A stretch of DNA of 64,000 nucleotides from Anaeramoeba ignava BMAN (GCA_028826165.1 JAPDFW010000063.1:1379719-1443718); one strand, 5' to 3'; shown: positions 35,482 to 53,246, counted from the first letter of the stretch. A program made the numbers and translations. Notes: generated by a model from the letters alone, not told the origin.

Positions 35482-37529
35482 ATGAATAATTCTTTAAATG
35501 TTTTTTGGAATGAACAAGAAATTCGTGCCTTTTATAAAAATTATAGAAAATTTGGTTGTTTTTGGAATAGATATAATGATTTACCAAGAAAAACACCAGA
35601 AATGATGAAGATTTTTTTTCAAAAACATCATCGCGTTTTAGATTCAAATCAATTTTCAGAAAATCTATTTGTTAGTTTAATAAAAGATGATGATTTCTTC
35701 AAAGAATCAACACAAAATACACTTATTATACCTCAAGAAAATGATTCAATCAAAATGCAAATTGAAGAAAATTTAAATTTAACGGAAGAAATTCAAAAAT
35801 CTATTAAAAAAAAAGATCCAAATTTCCCGTTTTTACATTTTAATTTTCCAGATCGAAAGTATTTAATTCATTCAAAAGAAATGAAGCAAAAAAATGAATC
35901 GAAAGAATTAATGATTGAGTCAAAACAAAAAAAGAATGAAAAATTTATTTTAATCAAAGAAAAACAAGAAGAAAAACAAGAAGAAAAACAAAAAGAAAAA
36001 CAAAAAGAAAAACAAAAAGAAAAACAAGAAGAAAAACAAAAAAATATAGAAATGGAAATTGAAAGCCAAAAGGATTCAAAATCAATGCATTTAAAAAAAG
36101 TAAAAACTCGAGTTAATCTTCCAAAAAAAAATCGATTTCAAGTTGAATCATTACCACAAGAAAATAATGATAATAAGCAAAAAGAGATACAAGACAAAAA
36201 ACAACAAAACAAAAATGAAATTCAACAAACTGAAAAAAATCCTATTCAAAGAGGTTATTCCAAAAGTATATTTAGAATGGAAATTAAAATTCATTTGAAA
36301 ATTAAAATTCATTTGAAAATTAAAATTCATTTGAAAATTCATTTATAAAATTCAAATTAAAATTAAAATTCATTTGAAAATTAAAATTCATTTGAAAATT
36401 AAAATTAAAATTAAAATTCATTTATAAAATTCAAATTAAAATTAAAATTAATTTGAAAATTAAAATTAAAATTAAAATTAAAATTAAAATTCATTTGAAA
36501 ATTAAAATTCATTTGAAAATTAAAATTAAAATTAAAATTCATTTATAAAATTCAAATTAAAATTAAAATTCATTTGAAAATTAAAATTAAAATTAAAATT
36601 AAAATTCATTTGAAAATTAAAATTTAAAATTAAAATTAAAATTAAAATTCATTTGAAAATTAAAATTCATTTGAAAATTAAAATTCATTTGAAAATTAAA
36701 ATTAAAATTAAAATTCATTTATAAAATTAAAATTCAAAAAAAAAAGATAACAGAAAATTCCAGAAATTACAACACGCACAAAGTAGTTGGCTAGAAAAAC
36801 TTAGTGGACAAATTTCATCAGACAGAATTAGGAAATTTTGTATTTGTGAATGGTTTGTAGCAGATTCAATTATCCCATTTTTCGAAGATTCCAAAGTGAA
36901 AAAAAAATTACAAACAAAAAGTGGGAATTTTCGAAAAGAATTAACAAAACTTGAATGGAGAATTTTAAAGACTCAATTATTTGAGAAGGAATTATCAAAC
37001 AATTCACAACAAATATTAGTGAATGCAAAGAAAAAACAATATTACAAATATTCACCAGTTGAGTACCGAAATTCGGAACAAGTTTATTTTATCGATAATC
37101 AATTCCAGATTGATTTTGGAAAGATTATCAAACCTTCTCAAAATAGAAAGTTCTGGATTGATCCCTTTGCCAATAGGTGATATAATACGTCCTCCAGTTA
37201 AAGCTTCTTTTCTCAATATAAAAAGACAAGCAATCCAAAATAAAATCAATTCTGAAATTTTAATTCAAAATGATCCTTCAAGAAAAGTTGATTTTAAAAA
37301 GGAAATCCAATTGTTTCAACAAAGTTCACCTCAAATTATTCCTATTCAATCTTTAAAAACTAATTCCAAAATTGGAATTTATAATAATTTAAGGAAATTC
37401 TCTGCAAAAGTTAAAAGTAAACAAAAAAATCAAATTGAAATTAAATTTCAAGATGAAAATTTATCAAATATCTCTTTTGATGAAATTATTTTAAAAAATT
37501 TAAAAGTTTTATATTTAGAAAAACAATAA
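35482..37529 (+). CDS. LIN-9/ALWAYS EARLY-like (DREAM/MuvB) protein, divergent; intron 36266-36746, probable indel near 37175
   Basis: N-terminal SANT-like WNEQEIRAFYKNYRKFG..W; DIRP-like FCICEWF...LTKLEWRILK. Confidence 0.6.
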
Positions 37530-37936
37530 GAAAATCCAAAAATAAAACAATCCAAAAATTTTAAAATAAATAAATAAATAAACTTCCGTTATCTTTAATA
37601 AACAAATTTTCTTTTTAATTTTCTTTTCCAAAAAACAAAAACAAAACAATAAAACAAAAAATTTTTTTTCCTTTTTTTTAATTTTTTTATTTTTGGATTA
37701 AGAAAATTTTTCTTAATAAAATTCAATTTAAAAATAAAAATTAAATAAATGAAATGGTTTTGATCTGTATAATTTAATTTATTTTTTCTTTTAAAACATT
37801 AATTCATTAAAATAAAATAAAATAAAATTCAACTATCAAATTTTTTAAAAAAACAAAAATTCATTTTTTTTTCTTTTCTTTTTTAAATTAATAAAATTTA
37901 AAATAATAATTTAAATTTAAATTTAAATTAAATTAA

Positions 37937-40631
<2,695 letters not shown>

Positions 40632-40644
40632 TTTTGGTTTGCCA

Positions 40645-41030
40645 ATGTCAACTTCACTTTTAATTTCACTTTCAATTTCAACTTCACTTTCACTTTTAAT
40701 ATTAATTTCACTTTCACTTTCAATTTCAATTTCAATTTCATTTTTAATTTCACTTGCTACTTTTAATTTCACTTTTAATATTAATTTCAATTTCACTTGT
40801 TATTTTCAATTTCACTTTCAACTTCACTTTTAATTTCAATTTCACTTGTTATTTTCAATTTCACTTTCACTTTCACTTTCACTTTCAATTTCATTTGTTA
40901 ATTTCAATTTCACTTTTAATTTCACTTTCAATTTCACTTTCAATTTCATTTGTTAATTTCACTTTCACTTTCAATTTCAATTTCACTTTCAATTTCACTT
41001 TCAATTTCACTTGTTATTTTCAATTTTAAT
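40645..41030. repeat. (TTTCAC/TTTCAA)n degenerate hexamer repeat, intergenic
   Basis: Direct reading. Confidence 0.88.
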
Positions 41031-41304
41031 TCCTTTTTGATGATTCGCAAAAAAAATCATCAACTTTTTTTTTTGAATAATTTTTTTTTTCTCATTTTCT
41101 TTCACTTTCTTTTTTTTATTGTTTGCAATTTTGCAATTTTGCAATTCCACTTTTTTTTTTTCAATTTTCATTTTTAATAAAGAAATGTTAATTGTTATTT
41201 GTTATTTTTTATTTTTAAAACTAAAAAAAATTAACGAAAAAAAATCTTTTTTTTTGCTTTTTTTTTTTCATTTTTTTCTTTTCAAATTTCAAATTAAATT
41301 TTCA

Positions 41305-44300
41305 ATGCAAGAATCAGTAAAAAAAACAAACGAAAAAGAAACAAAAAAAACTTTTGAAGAGATCTTAAATTCAATGAAATCTAAAAATGATTTATTTAGA
41401 TCACCTTCTGCTCCGCCGTTAAATTTTGGGAATAAAGTATTTAATTTTAAAAACAAATTATATTTAGAATTAATAAAAAAAAATTTCTTTTTATTTTTTA
41501 ATAGTTTTCATTAATGAATAATTCTACAGATTTGAATGGAATAAATAAATGGAAAATGAATCAAATCAAACCAACAAATTTTTCAGAAAAAGCTTTAAAT
41601 CCTTTTTTTAAGTCAACTGGTACGTTATAGTTTTTTAAAACAAATTTAAAAACATTTAAAACAAACTCAAATTAAAATTTAAAACAATTCTCAAAACATT
41701 TAAAACAATTTTAAAAACATTTAAAATCATTCTCAAAACATTTAAAACATTTCTCAAAACATTTAAAACAAATTTAAAAACATTTAAAACAAAATCAAAA
41801 TCAAAATCAAATTCAAATTAAAATTAAAATCAAATTCAAATTAAAATTTAAAACAATTCTCAAAACATTTAAAACAAATTTAAAAACATTTAAAACAAAC
41901 TCAAATTAAAATTTAAAACAATTCTCAAAACATTTAAAACAATTTTCAAAACATTTAAAACAATTTTAAAAACATTTAAAACAAATTTCAAAAACATTTA
42001 AAACAAAATCAAATTCAAATTAAAATTAAAATCAAATCAAAATCAAATTCAAATTAAAATTAAAATCAAAATCAAAATTAAAATCAAAATCAAATTTAAA
42101 ATTAAAATTCAAATTCAAAATCAAAATTATTCAAAATAAAAATCAATTTAAAATTAAAATCAAATTTAAAATCAAAATTAAAATTAAAATTAAAATTAAA
42201 ATCAAAATTAAAATTAAAATTAAAATTAAAATTAAAATTAAAATTAAAATCAAATTCAAATTAAAATTTAAAACAATTCTCAAAACATTTAAAACAATTC
42301 TCAAAACATTTAAAACAATTCTCAAAACATTTAAAATCATTTTTAAAAACATTTAAAACATTTTTCAAAACATTTAAAACAAACTCAAATTAAAATTTAA
42401 AACAATTTTAAAAACATTTAAAATCATTTTCAAAACATTTAAAACAAACTCAAATTAAAATTTAAAACAATTCTCAAAACATTTAAAACAAATTTAAAAA
42501 CATTTAAAACAAATTTAAAAACATTTAAAACAAAATCAAAATCAAAATCAAAATTAAAATCAAATTAAAATTAAAATTATTCAAAATTAAAATCAAATTA
42601 AAATTAAAATTATTAAAATTAAATTCAAATTCAAATTCAAAATCAAAATTAAAATTAAAATTAAAATTAAAATCAAAATTCAAATCAAAATTAAAATAAA
42701 AATATGATTAGATCAACTGATCCCAAAATTTCTTGATCTTAAATTGAACCAAGAAACAAAATCAAACATAAATTTCCCAGAAAAAATGAAAGATAAAGAA
42801 TCGGAAGCAGTTCAAAAAAACAACATTAACAAACAAGAAACAACAGACAACAAAGATATTATAAACAACAACAACATGCCACTAACAGAGGAACCAAACA
42901 TAATACCAACATTCATTGACGACGAAGATCAAGAGCCAGATTGGCTTGAAAAAGACTTCATTTTAAATAAATTCTCTAAAGAAAAAACCAAAACTACACA
43001 AAATTCTCAAACAAAATTCGAATCACCACAACTGCAAAAAGCACCAGTAGCACAGGCATTCAATACCTTCCCATGGAACCAAGCACAACAAACTGAATAC
43101 ACAAATCAAACATACAATCCATTTTTACAATTCCAAAAAGAAAATTTTTTGGATCCAAAAATCAATCCAAAAAAACAAACAATTTCAAACATGAACAATA
43201 CCACAAAAGAAGAAATGAACAATAAACAAACAACCACAATGATGAATGGATTCAAACAAGACACACTACATTCTATTCCACGGACAGCATCTCCTGAATT
43301 CAACAACGGATTTTCTGACAGTATCACCGAATTGAATTCATCGAATCTTCGATATGAAGTTCCATATGAAGAAAACAGTAAGCAAAAGATCACTAAAACA
43401 CATTTTCACAATCTTTTGAGAAAATATCACAATTTTATTCAAAAGAAACTCTAAAAAAAAATTTTTATTTTCTTGAAAAAAAGATTTTGGATACTTCGCG
43501 GAAAATAATCAATCCTTTGTGTTTCCACGAGGATATTCAACCCAAGCATACCAGCGTAATTTTTACACGCCTCCTCCACGCGGGATGGTGCAATACTCAT
43601 ATCCTTATGACGCGTATCAAGGATATGGGAATTACAATGAGAATACAAAAAATCAATTTGGAAATTTTTTTGATCAATCAAGATTTTATTCTCAAGAAAC
43701 CGAGATTTCTATTCATAGAACACAGAGCTATGACAGGCAACAGAATTACCAAGATACAAGGTCTAATAACACTCACTTAGGTATATATTTGCAGGGTGTC
43801 AATAAGGTTCTTTCTGATATCGCTTTAAATCGCAATGTTCATTTTTATGGTTTAAAAGATGTTTTTGGTTCTTTATATGAATTTAGTATTGATCAACATG
43901 GTTCTCGTTTTATTCAGCTTCAGATTGAAAAGGCTGACCAATCTCAATTGGATAAACTTTTTCAGGAAATTCGTATTCGTTTTTTTGATTTGATTCAGAA
44001 TATTTTTGGAAATTATGTAGTTCAAAAATTTTTTTCTTATGGTAAAATATTCAAAATAATTCTTTAAATATTCAAAATAAATATTAAATAAATATTCAAA
44101 TAAAATATTTAATAAATATTCAAAATAAATATTAAATAAATATTCAAAATAAATATAAATTTTAAATAAATATTAAATAAATTTAAAATAAATATTCTAA
44201 ATATTCAAAATAAATTCAAAATAAATATTAAATAAATATTCAAATAAAATATTTAATAAATATTCAAATAAATATTAAATAAATATTCCAAATAAATATT

Positions 44301-46215
44301 AAATAAATATTCAAAATAAATTTTAAATAAATATTCAAAATAAATATTCAATAAATATTCAAAATAAATTTTAAATAAATATTCAAAATAAATATTCAAA
44401 ATATTAAATAAATTTTAAATAAATATTAAATAAATTTTAAATAAATATTCAAAATAATTCAATAAATATTCAAAATAAATATTAAATAAATATTCAAATA
44501 AAATATTTTAAATAAATATTCAAAATAAATATTAAATAAATATTCAAAATAAATTTTAAATAAATATTAAAATAAATATTCAAATAAATAAATATTCAAA
44601 ATAAATATTCCAAATAAATATTCCAAATAAATATTCCAAATAAATATTCCAAATAAATATTTAAATAAATATTAAAATAAATATTAAATAAATTTTAAAT
44701 AAAAATAAATATTAAATAAATATAAATAAATATAAATATTAAAATAAATATTCAAATAAAATATTAAATAAATATTCAAAATAAATTTTAAAAATAATTT
44801 TAAATAAATAAATAAATTTTAAATAAATATTCAAAATAAATATTAAATAAATATTCAAAAATAAATATTAAATAAATATTAAATAAATTTTAAATAAAAT
44901 TTTCAAATAAAATATTTAAAATTAAATAAATTTTAAATAAATATTCCAAATAAATTTTAAATAAATATTCCAAATAAATATTCAAAATAAATATTAAATA
45001 AATATTAAATTAAATATTCCAAATAAATTTTAAATAATTTTAAATAAATATTCAAAATAAATATTCAATAAATATTAAATAAATTTTCAATAAATATTAA
45101 ATAAATATTCAAATAAAATTTTAAATAAATATTCCAAATAAAATATTTAAAAATAGCAACCGAAACCCAAATTACTGAATTAGTCACAATGCTTAAAAAC
45201 AAAGTTTATATATTCACAACACACATATACGGATGTCGAGTGATTCAAAAAGCACTAGAAGTATCAAACGAAAAACAAAAAGAAGATATAATCAAAGAAC
45301 TCGAACCAAAAATACTTGATTGTATAGACGATCAAAACGGAAATCATGTGATCCAAAAATGCATTGAATGTTTACCTCAGAAATTAATTCAATTCATAAT
45401 AGACAAATTTGCTGAACAACCATTAGTTTTGTCAAAACATCCATATGGATGCAGAGTGATCCAAAGAATATTAAATCATTGCTCAGGATCTCAAGTTGTA
45501 AATATCAATTATGACCCCATTAACCCTTATAATACAATAAAAATAAAAATAAAAATAAAAATAAAAATAAAAATAAAAATAAAAATAAAAATAAAAATAA
45601 AAATAAAAATAAAAATAAAAATATAATATACAATAAAATAAAAATAACCCATTTTAAATTTCATCTAATTTTTAGGATAAGATCACAAAAGAAATTCTTA
45701 ATGTTTCTTCCGATTTAGTTTTCGACCAATTTGGAAACTATGTTGTTCAACATATCTTGGAAAATGGAACAAATGAACAAAGAAATATCATCATCCAAAA
45801 AGTGTTCGGAAAAGTTCTCAAAATGTCACAACACAAATACGCTTCAAATGCTATTGAAAAATGCATTGAATTTGGAACACTTCAACAAACTAAAAAAATC
45901 CTTAATGAAATACTCAAAACCATGTATCCTTTTTTTCTTTCTTCTCAAAAATACCACACCCATCTTTCCCTTCATCTCTCCTTTTTCTAATCATCTTCCT
46001 CTTTTGTTATTCTTATTTCAAATCTTAGTGATGTGCTTCAAATTATGGTAAATGATCCATATGCAAATTATGTCATCCAAAAATTTCTCGAAAAAGCAAA
46101 AGGAAAAGATCAACAAAGATTAATTTCTGCGATTAAACAAAATATTCATATACTTGATACATCTAATTATGGGAAACATGTTCTTGCTAAAATGACGGAT
46201 CTTGGTTGGATTTAG
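41305..46215 (+). CDS. PUM: Pumilio/PUF RNA-binding protein (multi-exon)
   Basis: N-terminal RSPSAPP motif; PUF repeats DQHGSRFIQ, FGNYVVQK, YGCRVIQK, QNGNHVIQK, YGCRVIQR, FGNYVVQH, YASNAIEK, YANYVIQK; long repeat introns 41620-42711 and 44042-45156. Confidence 0.92.
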
Positions 46216-46675
46216 TCCATTAATTAATTAGATATCTCTCAACTTTTTTTCATTCCAATTTCTTGAAACAATTTTCATTTTAATTTGAATTTTGATTTTG
46301 ATTTTGATTTTGATTTTAGTTTGATTTTAATTTAAATTTAAATTGTTGGTTTCAATTGAAAATAGTAGCATTTGTTAAAATTTTTGTGAACAAAAAGGAA
46401 ATTCAAGAAAAAGAAAAAGATTATTTTTTAAAAAAAAATTAACTAAATTTTTCAATTAAAAAAATAAATTCAAAAATAAATTCAAAATAAGATTTGAATT
46501 AATTTGATGAAAATTGAAAAAAAAATAATTAGTTTGTCAAAATTAAATTGAGTTTTTTATGAATTTTTAAATTACAGAAAAAAAACAAAAAAGCAAAAAA
46601 AAATTTTTTTAATTTTTCTTTTTCATTTTTTTTCTTTTAAATTCCTTTTAAATTCCTTTTAAATTAAAATAAGAA

Positions 46676-47707
<1,032 letters not shown>

Positions 47708-47862
47708 ATTTTTTTTTTTATTCTTGATTGATTTTTATTTTTTCTTCTTTTTTAAAAAAGAAAAAAATTAAAAAAAATTTTTTTTATCAAAATTCATTTT
47801 TCATTTTTTCTTCTTTTTAAAAAACAAAAAACATTTTCTACACATTTTTTACAATTTAATCA

Positions 47863-50526
47863 ATGTCAATTTCAAATTATCTTTTATCAGAATTAAATGT
47901 CAAAATACCAGTTACTTTAATTGACCCAACAACAAATCATATTTTTTTAGAACCAATTACTTTACAAACTGGAGAAACATTTGACAGAAGCACTTTACAA
48001 AAAACTCAATGGATTAATCCAGAAACAAATGAATTAATTGACCAATCAACCACTTTTCTTAATTTAAAAATTCAACAACAAGTTACTCAATTTCTTATAA
48101 ATGAAGCAAATCAAGTAAATTTTTTTTTATTAAAAGCGAAAAAAGCAAAAACAAAAACAAAAACAAAAACAAACACAAAAACAAATTAAAACAAAACAAA
48201 TTTAAAAAAAAAAATTTTAATTTGAAAAAATTTTAATTTTAAAATTTTAATTTTAATTTTAATTTTAATTTTAATTTTAATTTTAATTTCAAAATGAATT
48301 TTAATTTTAATTTTAATTTTAATTTTAATTTTAATTTTAATTTTAATTTTAATTTTAATTTTAATTTTAATTTTAATTTTAATTTCAAAATGAATTTAAA
48401 TTTTAATTTGAATTTGAATTTTAATTTCAAAATGAATTTTAATTTCAAAATGAATTTTAATTTCAATCTTAATTTGAAAATGAATTTTAATTTCAATTTT
48501 AATTTTAATTTCAATTTTAATTTTCAAAATGAATTTTAATTTCAAAATTAGTTTTTTAAAAATCTTATTAAGAAAAATGTAAATGAACAAATTGATTCAA
48601 TAATTTCATTTGTTAGTTTTCTTCCACATGAAACTAACATTACAATTAAGCAAGAATCTCAAACATTAATGGGAAATTTTCTTGAGAAACAAATGAATGG
48701 AATTGGATCTAAAACATTTAATGATTCACTTTCAAATTTAAATGATAAAAAAAAATACAAATTAATTCTTTATTTACTTCATTCAGATCTTCCAAAAATT
48801 GTTATTTCATTGTTTGAAAATGCACCTGAATTCTTAAAAGTTTTTCCTGTTGATAATCCTCAATTAATGACTAAATTAAAACTTGTTAATGATTTTAATC
48901 CTGATTTAATTGATCGTTTTATTCAAGTTCTTGTTTCTCAAAAAAGTTATTATCAAGTTGAACAATATTTTGATTATGGTAAATTATAAATTATAATTTT
49001 ATTTAATTTTTAAAATGAATTTTCAAAATGAATTTTTAAAAAAATTAGGTATTCCAATAGAAAAAGCAGATGAATATTATGAAGGAATGATTGATCAATT
49101 TAATGAAAATCGAGATATTACACCTTCATTTTGTGAACATTTTGTAAACGTAATTTATAATCACTTGTTTTTATCAACCAGAGATGAAGATGAACTTCTT
49201 TTATGTGCAAATATCCTTCTTAAAAAATGTGTTCCAATAATTTTAAATCAAAAAAACTTGATTCAAACAGAAGAACAGAAAATAAGAGCAATTCTTCATA
49301 AAATTGCATTAATATTTGCATGTTTTCCAACAATATCAAAAATTACAAGTGATATTTTCTCAAAAGAATTACTTTTTGTTTCGTGTTTTTCACAAGTTAA
49401 TGTTGATACAAAAATTGCACATTCAGGAAGAAAATTAATAAGTATTTTATTACAAAGATTTTACTATGTTGATGATGGAAGAATTCATTTTGGAAATGTA
49501 GAAAACAAAATATCAAGAATGATTTCTTATTCGGTTCAACTTCCATTTATTTTATTAGCACAAATCAATCAACAATTTACAGAAAATGATGTTTCAAAAC
49601 ATTTAAGTGTTCTTTCCGAAGCTATGAAATCAAGACTTTTATGGGAAACAAAATTATCAATTATTGAGAAATTTGTTGATGAATATTCAAATCGAAAGAA
49701 TATTAAAATTCCATTAGCTGAAGAATTATTAAGTGAATTATTTCGAGCAATTAGAATGTTTCCTTTGAATACTTTACCAAGTGTTTTATCAACAATTGAA
49801 ATTATTTCAAGAGGAAGTGATAATAAACCAAAAATTGCAGATCAAAAAGGAATTCAAATCATTTTAGAAGCAATGAAAATGAACCAACAAAAATCCACAA
49901 ATTCAATCATTTGCAATTCATACATTATGGGAAATATCACAATATTCAACAGAAAACAGACAAATAATTGCAAATTTAAATGGGATTTTATTAATTTTAA
50001 ACACAATGGAAAATTTCAGAAAAAATTCATTTCTTCAAACTTATTCATGTGCAGCTTTATGGGTTCTTGAAGTAACTGAACATAATAGGAATATTATTGT
50101 TGAACATAATGGAATTCAATCTATTTTGGAATCAATGAAATTTCATCCTAAAAATGGAGAATTACAAGCTAATGCATGTGGATCATTATGGAATTTAGCT
50201 GTTAATGAAGAAAATAAAAGAATTATTGCACAAAATCAAGGAATTAAGTTAATTTTAAATTCAATGATTAATCATAAAAATAATGAAAAAGTTTTAAAAT
50301 ATGCTTGTGGAGCTTTAGCAAATATTGCTTCTATTGAAGGTATTTTTTATTTTATAATTTTAATTTATTTTAATTTAATTTTTATTTTATTATTTTTTAA
50401 ATAGAAAATATTGAACAATTAAAAAATCAACAATTAAAAGAAATTCTTGATTTTATTTTCCAAAATTATTCAAATGAACCTTCAATAATTAAACAAGCAA
50501 CAAGATTATCAACAAGAATTAATTAA
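47863..50526 (+). CDS. U-box + armadillo-repeat E3 ligase-like protein (multi-exon, probable indels near 49.9-50.0 kb)
   Basis: U-box IPVTLIDPTTNHIFLEPITLQTGETFDRSTL...NPET...NLKIQQ; ARM repeats ACGSLWNLA, ACGALANIA. Confidence 0.75.
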
Positions 50527-50720
50527 AATTAAAATTTAAAATTAAAATTAAAATTAATTTCTTTTTTCTTTTCAATTAAACAAAATTAATTAAAATAAAA
50601 ACAAAATTTAATTAAATTTAATTTTTGGATTTTTTTATTATTTCAAATTAAAAAGAAAAAGAAAAACAAATTAAAAAAAGAAATAAAATTTGAAATTTGA
50701 ATTAGAAATTAAATTTAAAT

Positions 50721-51291
50721 TTAAAGATTTGAACGAATTTTTTTAACTAAATCAAGATCATTTTTCATAATTGTAACTCTTTTAGCATGAAGTGCACATA
50801 AATTAGTATCTTCTAAAACTTCAACAATAAATGCTTCAGTTGCTTCTTGTAAAGCTGCAATAGCTGCACTTTGAAATCTTAAATCTGATTTATGTTCATG
50901 TGCAATATCTCTTACTAATCTTTGAAATGGTAATTTTCTTAATAATAATTCAGTTGATTTTTGATATTTTTTAATTTCTCTTGTTGCAACTGTTCCTGGT
51001 TTAACTCTTCTTTGTCTTTTTGCTGCAACTGAACTTTTCTTTCCTTTTTGTCCTTTTTGTGCTGTTTTATGACCTTTTTGTCCTTTTTGTCCTTTTCTTG
51101 CTTTTTGTGCTGTTTTTTGTCCTTTTTGTGCTTTTTGTCCAGTTTTTGACCTTTTTGACCTTTTGTGCTTTTTGTCCTTTTCTTGCTTTTTGTCCTTTTT
51201 GTGCAGTTTTTTGACCTTTTTGACCTTTTGATCCTCTATGTGGTCTTTTTCCACTTGTTGATTTTTTTCCAGTTGATTTTGTTCTTGCCAT
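50721..51291 (-). CDS. H3: Histone H3 variant with repeat-expanded N-terminal tail (~190 aa after restoring two single A's near 51145 and 51162)
   Basis: Starts MARTK; histone fold [28 protein letters not shown]...[13 protein letters not shown]...[15 protein letters not shown]. Confidence 0.9.
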
Positions 51292-51399
51292 TTTTTTTTA
51301 AAAATTAATTAATTAATAAAAAATAAATTTGAAAATAAAAATAAAAATGAAAAATGAAATAAAAATTTATTTTTCCTTTTTATATTTTTTTTAATCAAA

Positions 51400-51458
51400 T
51401 ATTATCCAATAATTTTTGATTTTTATTATTTTTAAATCTCTTAATTTATTGGATAATA
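51400..51458. promoter_or_regulatory. Inverted pair of CCAAT boxes upstream of the H3 variant
   Basis: TATTATCCAATAA (51400-51412) and its exact reverse complement TTATTGGATAATA (51446-51458), 109-167 bp upstream of the H3 ATG. Confidence 0.6.
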
Positions 51459-51464
51459 GTGTTT

Positions 51465-53110
51465 TGATTTTATTTAATTAAAATATTTAATAAATAAAAT
51501 ATCTAAAAATATTCAATAATAATTAATAATATATTAATTTAAAAATAATATTTAAAATTAATCAAATAAATAATTTATAATTTAAATATTAATTAAATAT
51601 TAATTTAATTTCTTATTATTTATTTATTTAAAATATTTAATAAATAAAATATCAAAAATATTAAATAATAATAAATAATATATTAATTTAAAATTATATT
51701 TAAAATTAATCAAATAAATAATTTATAATTTAAATATTAATTAAATATTAATTAATTTCTTATTATTTATTTAATTAAAATATTTAATAAATAAAATATC
51801 TAAAAATATTCAATAATAATCAATAATATATTAATTTTAAAATAATATTTAAAATTAATTAAATAAATAATTTATAATTTAAATATTAATTAAATATTAA
51901 TTTATTTCTTATTATTTATTTAATTAAAATATTTAATAAATAAAATATCAAAAAAATATTTAATAATAATCAATAAATAATTTTAATTTTAAAAATATAT
52001 TAAAAATTAACTAAATAAATAATTTATAATTTAAATATTAATTAAATATTAATTTATTTCTTTATTATTTATTTGATTAAAAATATTTAATAAATAAAAT
52101 ATCAAAAATATTAAATAATAATCAATAATATAGGGTTAATTTAAAATAATATTTAAAATTAAATAAATAAATAATTTATAATTTAAATATTAATTAAATA
52201 TTAATAATTTTATTATTATTTATTTAATTAAAATATTTAATAAATAAAATATCAAAAATATTCAATAATAATCAATAATATATTAATTTAAAATAATATT
52301 TAAAATTAACTAAATAAATAATTTATAATTTAAATATTAATTAAAATATTAATTTATTTCTTATTATTATTTATTTAATTAAAATATTTAATAAATAAAA
52401 TATTAAAAATATTTAATAATAATCAATTATATATTAATTTAAAATAATATTTAAAAAAAATAATCAAATAAATAATTTATAATTTAAATATTAATTAAAT
52501 ATTAATTAATTTCTTATTATTTATTTAAAATAAAATATTTAATAAATAAAATATCTAAAAATATTAAATAATAATCAATAATATATTAATTTTAAAATTA
52601 TATTTAAAATTAATTAAATAAATAATTTATAATTTAAATATTAATTAAATATTAATTAATTTCTTATTATTTATTTAATTAAAATATTTAATAAATAAAA
52701 TATCTAAAATATTCAATAATAATTAATAATATATTAATTTAAAAATAATATTTAAAATTAACCAAATAAATAATTTATAATTTTAAATATTAATTAAATA
52801 TTAATTTATTTCTTATTATTTATTTAATTAAAATATTTAATAAATAAAAATATCAAAAATATTCAATAATAATCAATAATATATTAATTTTAAAAATTAT
52901 ATTTAAAATTAATCAAATAAATAATTTATAATTTAAATATTAATTAAATATTAATTAATTTCTTATTATTTATTTAATTAAAATATTTAATAAATAAAAT
53001 ATCAAAAATATTTAATAATAATCAATAATATATTAATTTAAAATAATATTTAAAATTAATAAAATAAATAATTTATAATTTAAATATTAATTAAATATTA
53101 ATTTATTAAA
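51465..53110. repeat. Tandem satellite, ~150-bp unit x ~11, almost pure A/T
   Basis: Marker TAATTTATAATTT recurs at 51571, 51719, 51868, 52020, 52172, 52319, 52473, 52623, 52771, 52922, 53069. Confidence 0.92.
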
Positions 53111-53246
53111 TAAAAAACAAATTCCAAAAATTTAATTTATTTTTTTATTTTTTAATTTTTTAATCAAAAAAAAATAAAACAAATTCCATTTTCCTTTTTT
53201 GATTTCATTTTCTTTTCATTATTTATTTTAGATTATTTTAGATTAG

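Noticed and set aside
50721-51291. Calling the H3 variant CenH3/CENP-A
   Set aside because: It retains Q68, F84, T107, canonical loop-1 length and an ARTK start; a long tail alone is insufficient, though not fully excluded
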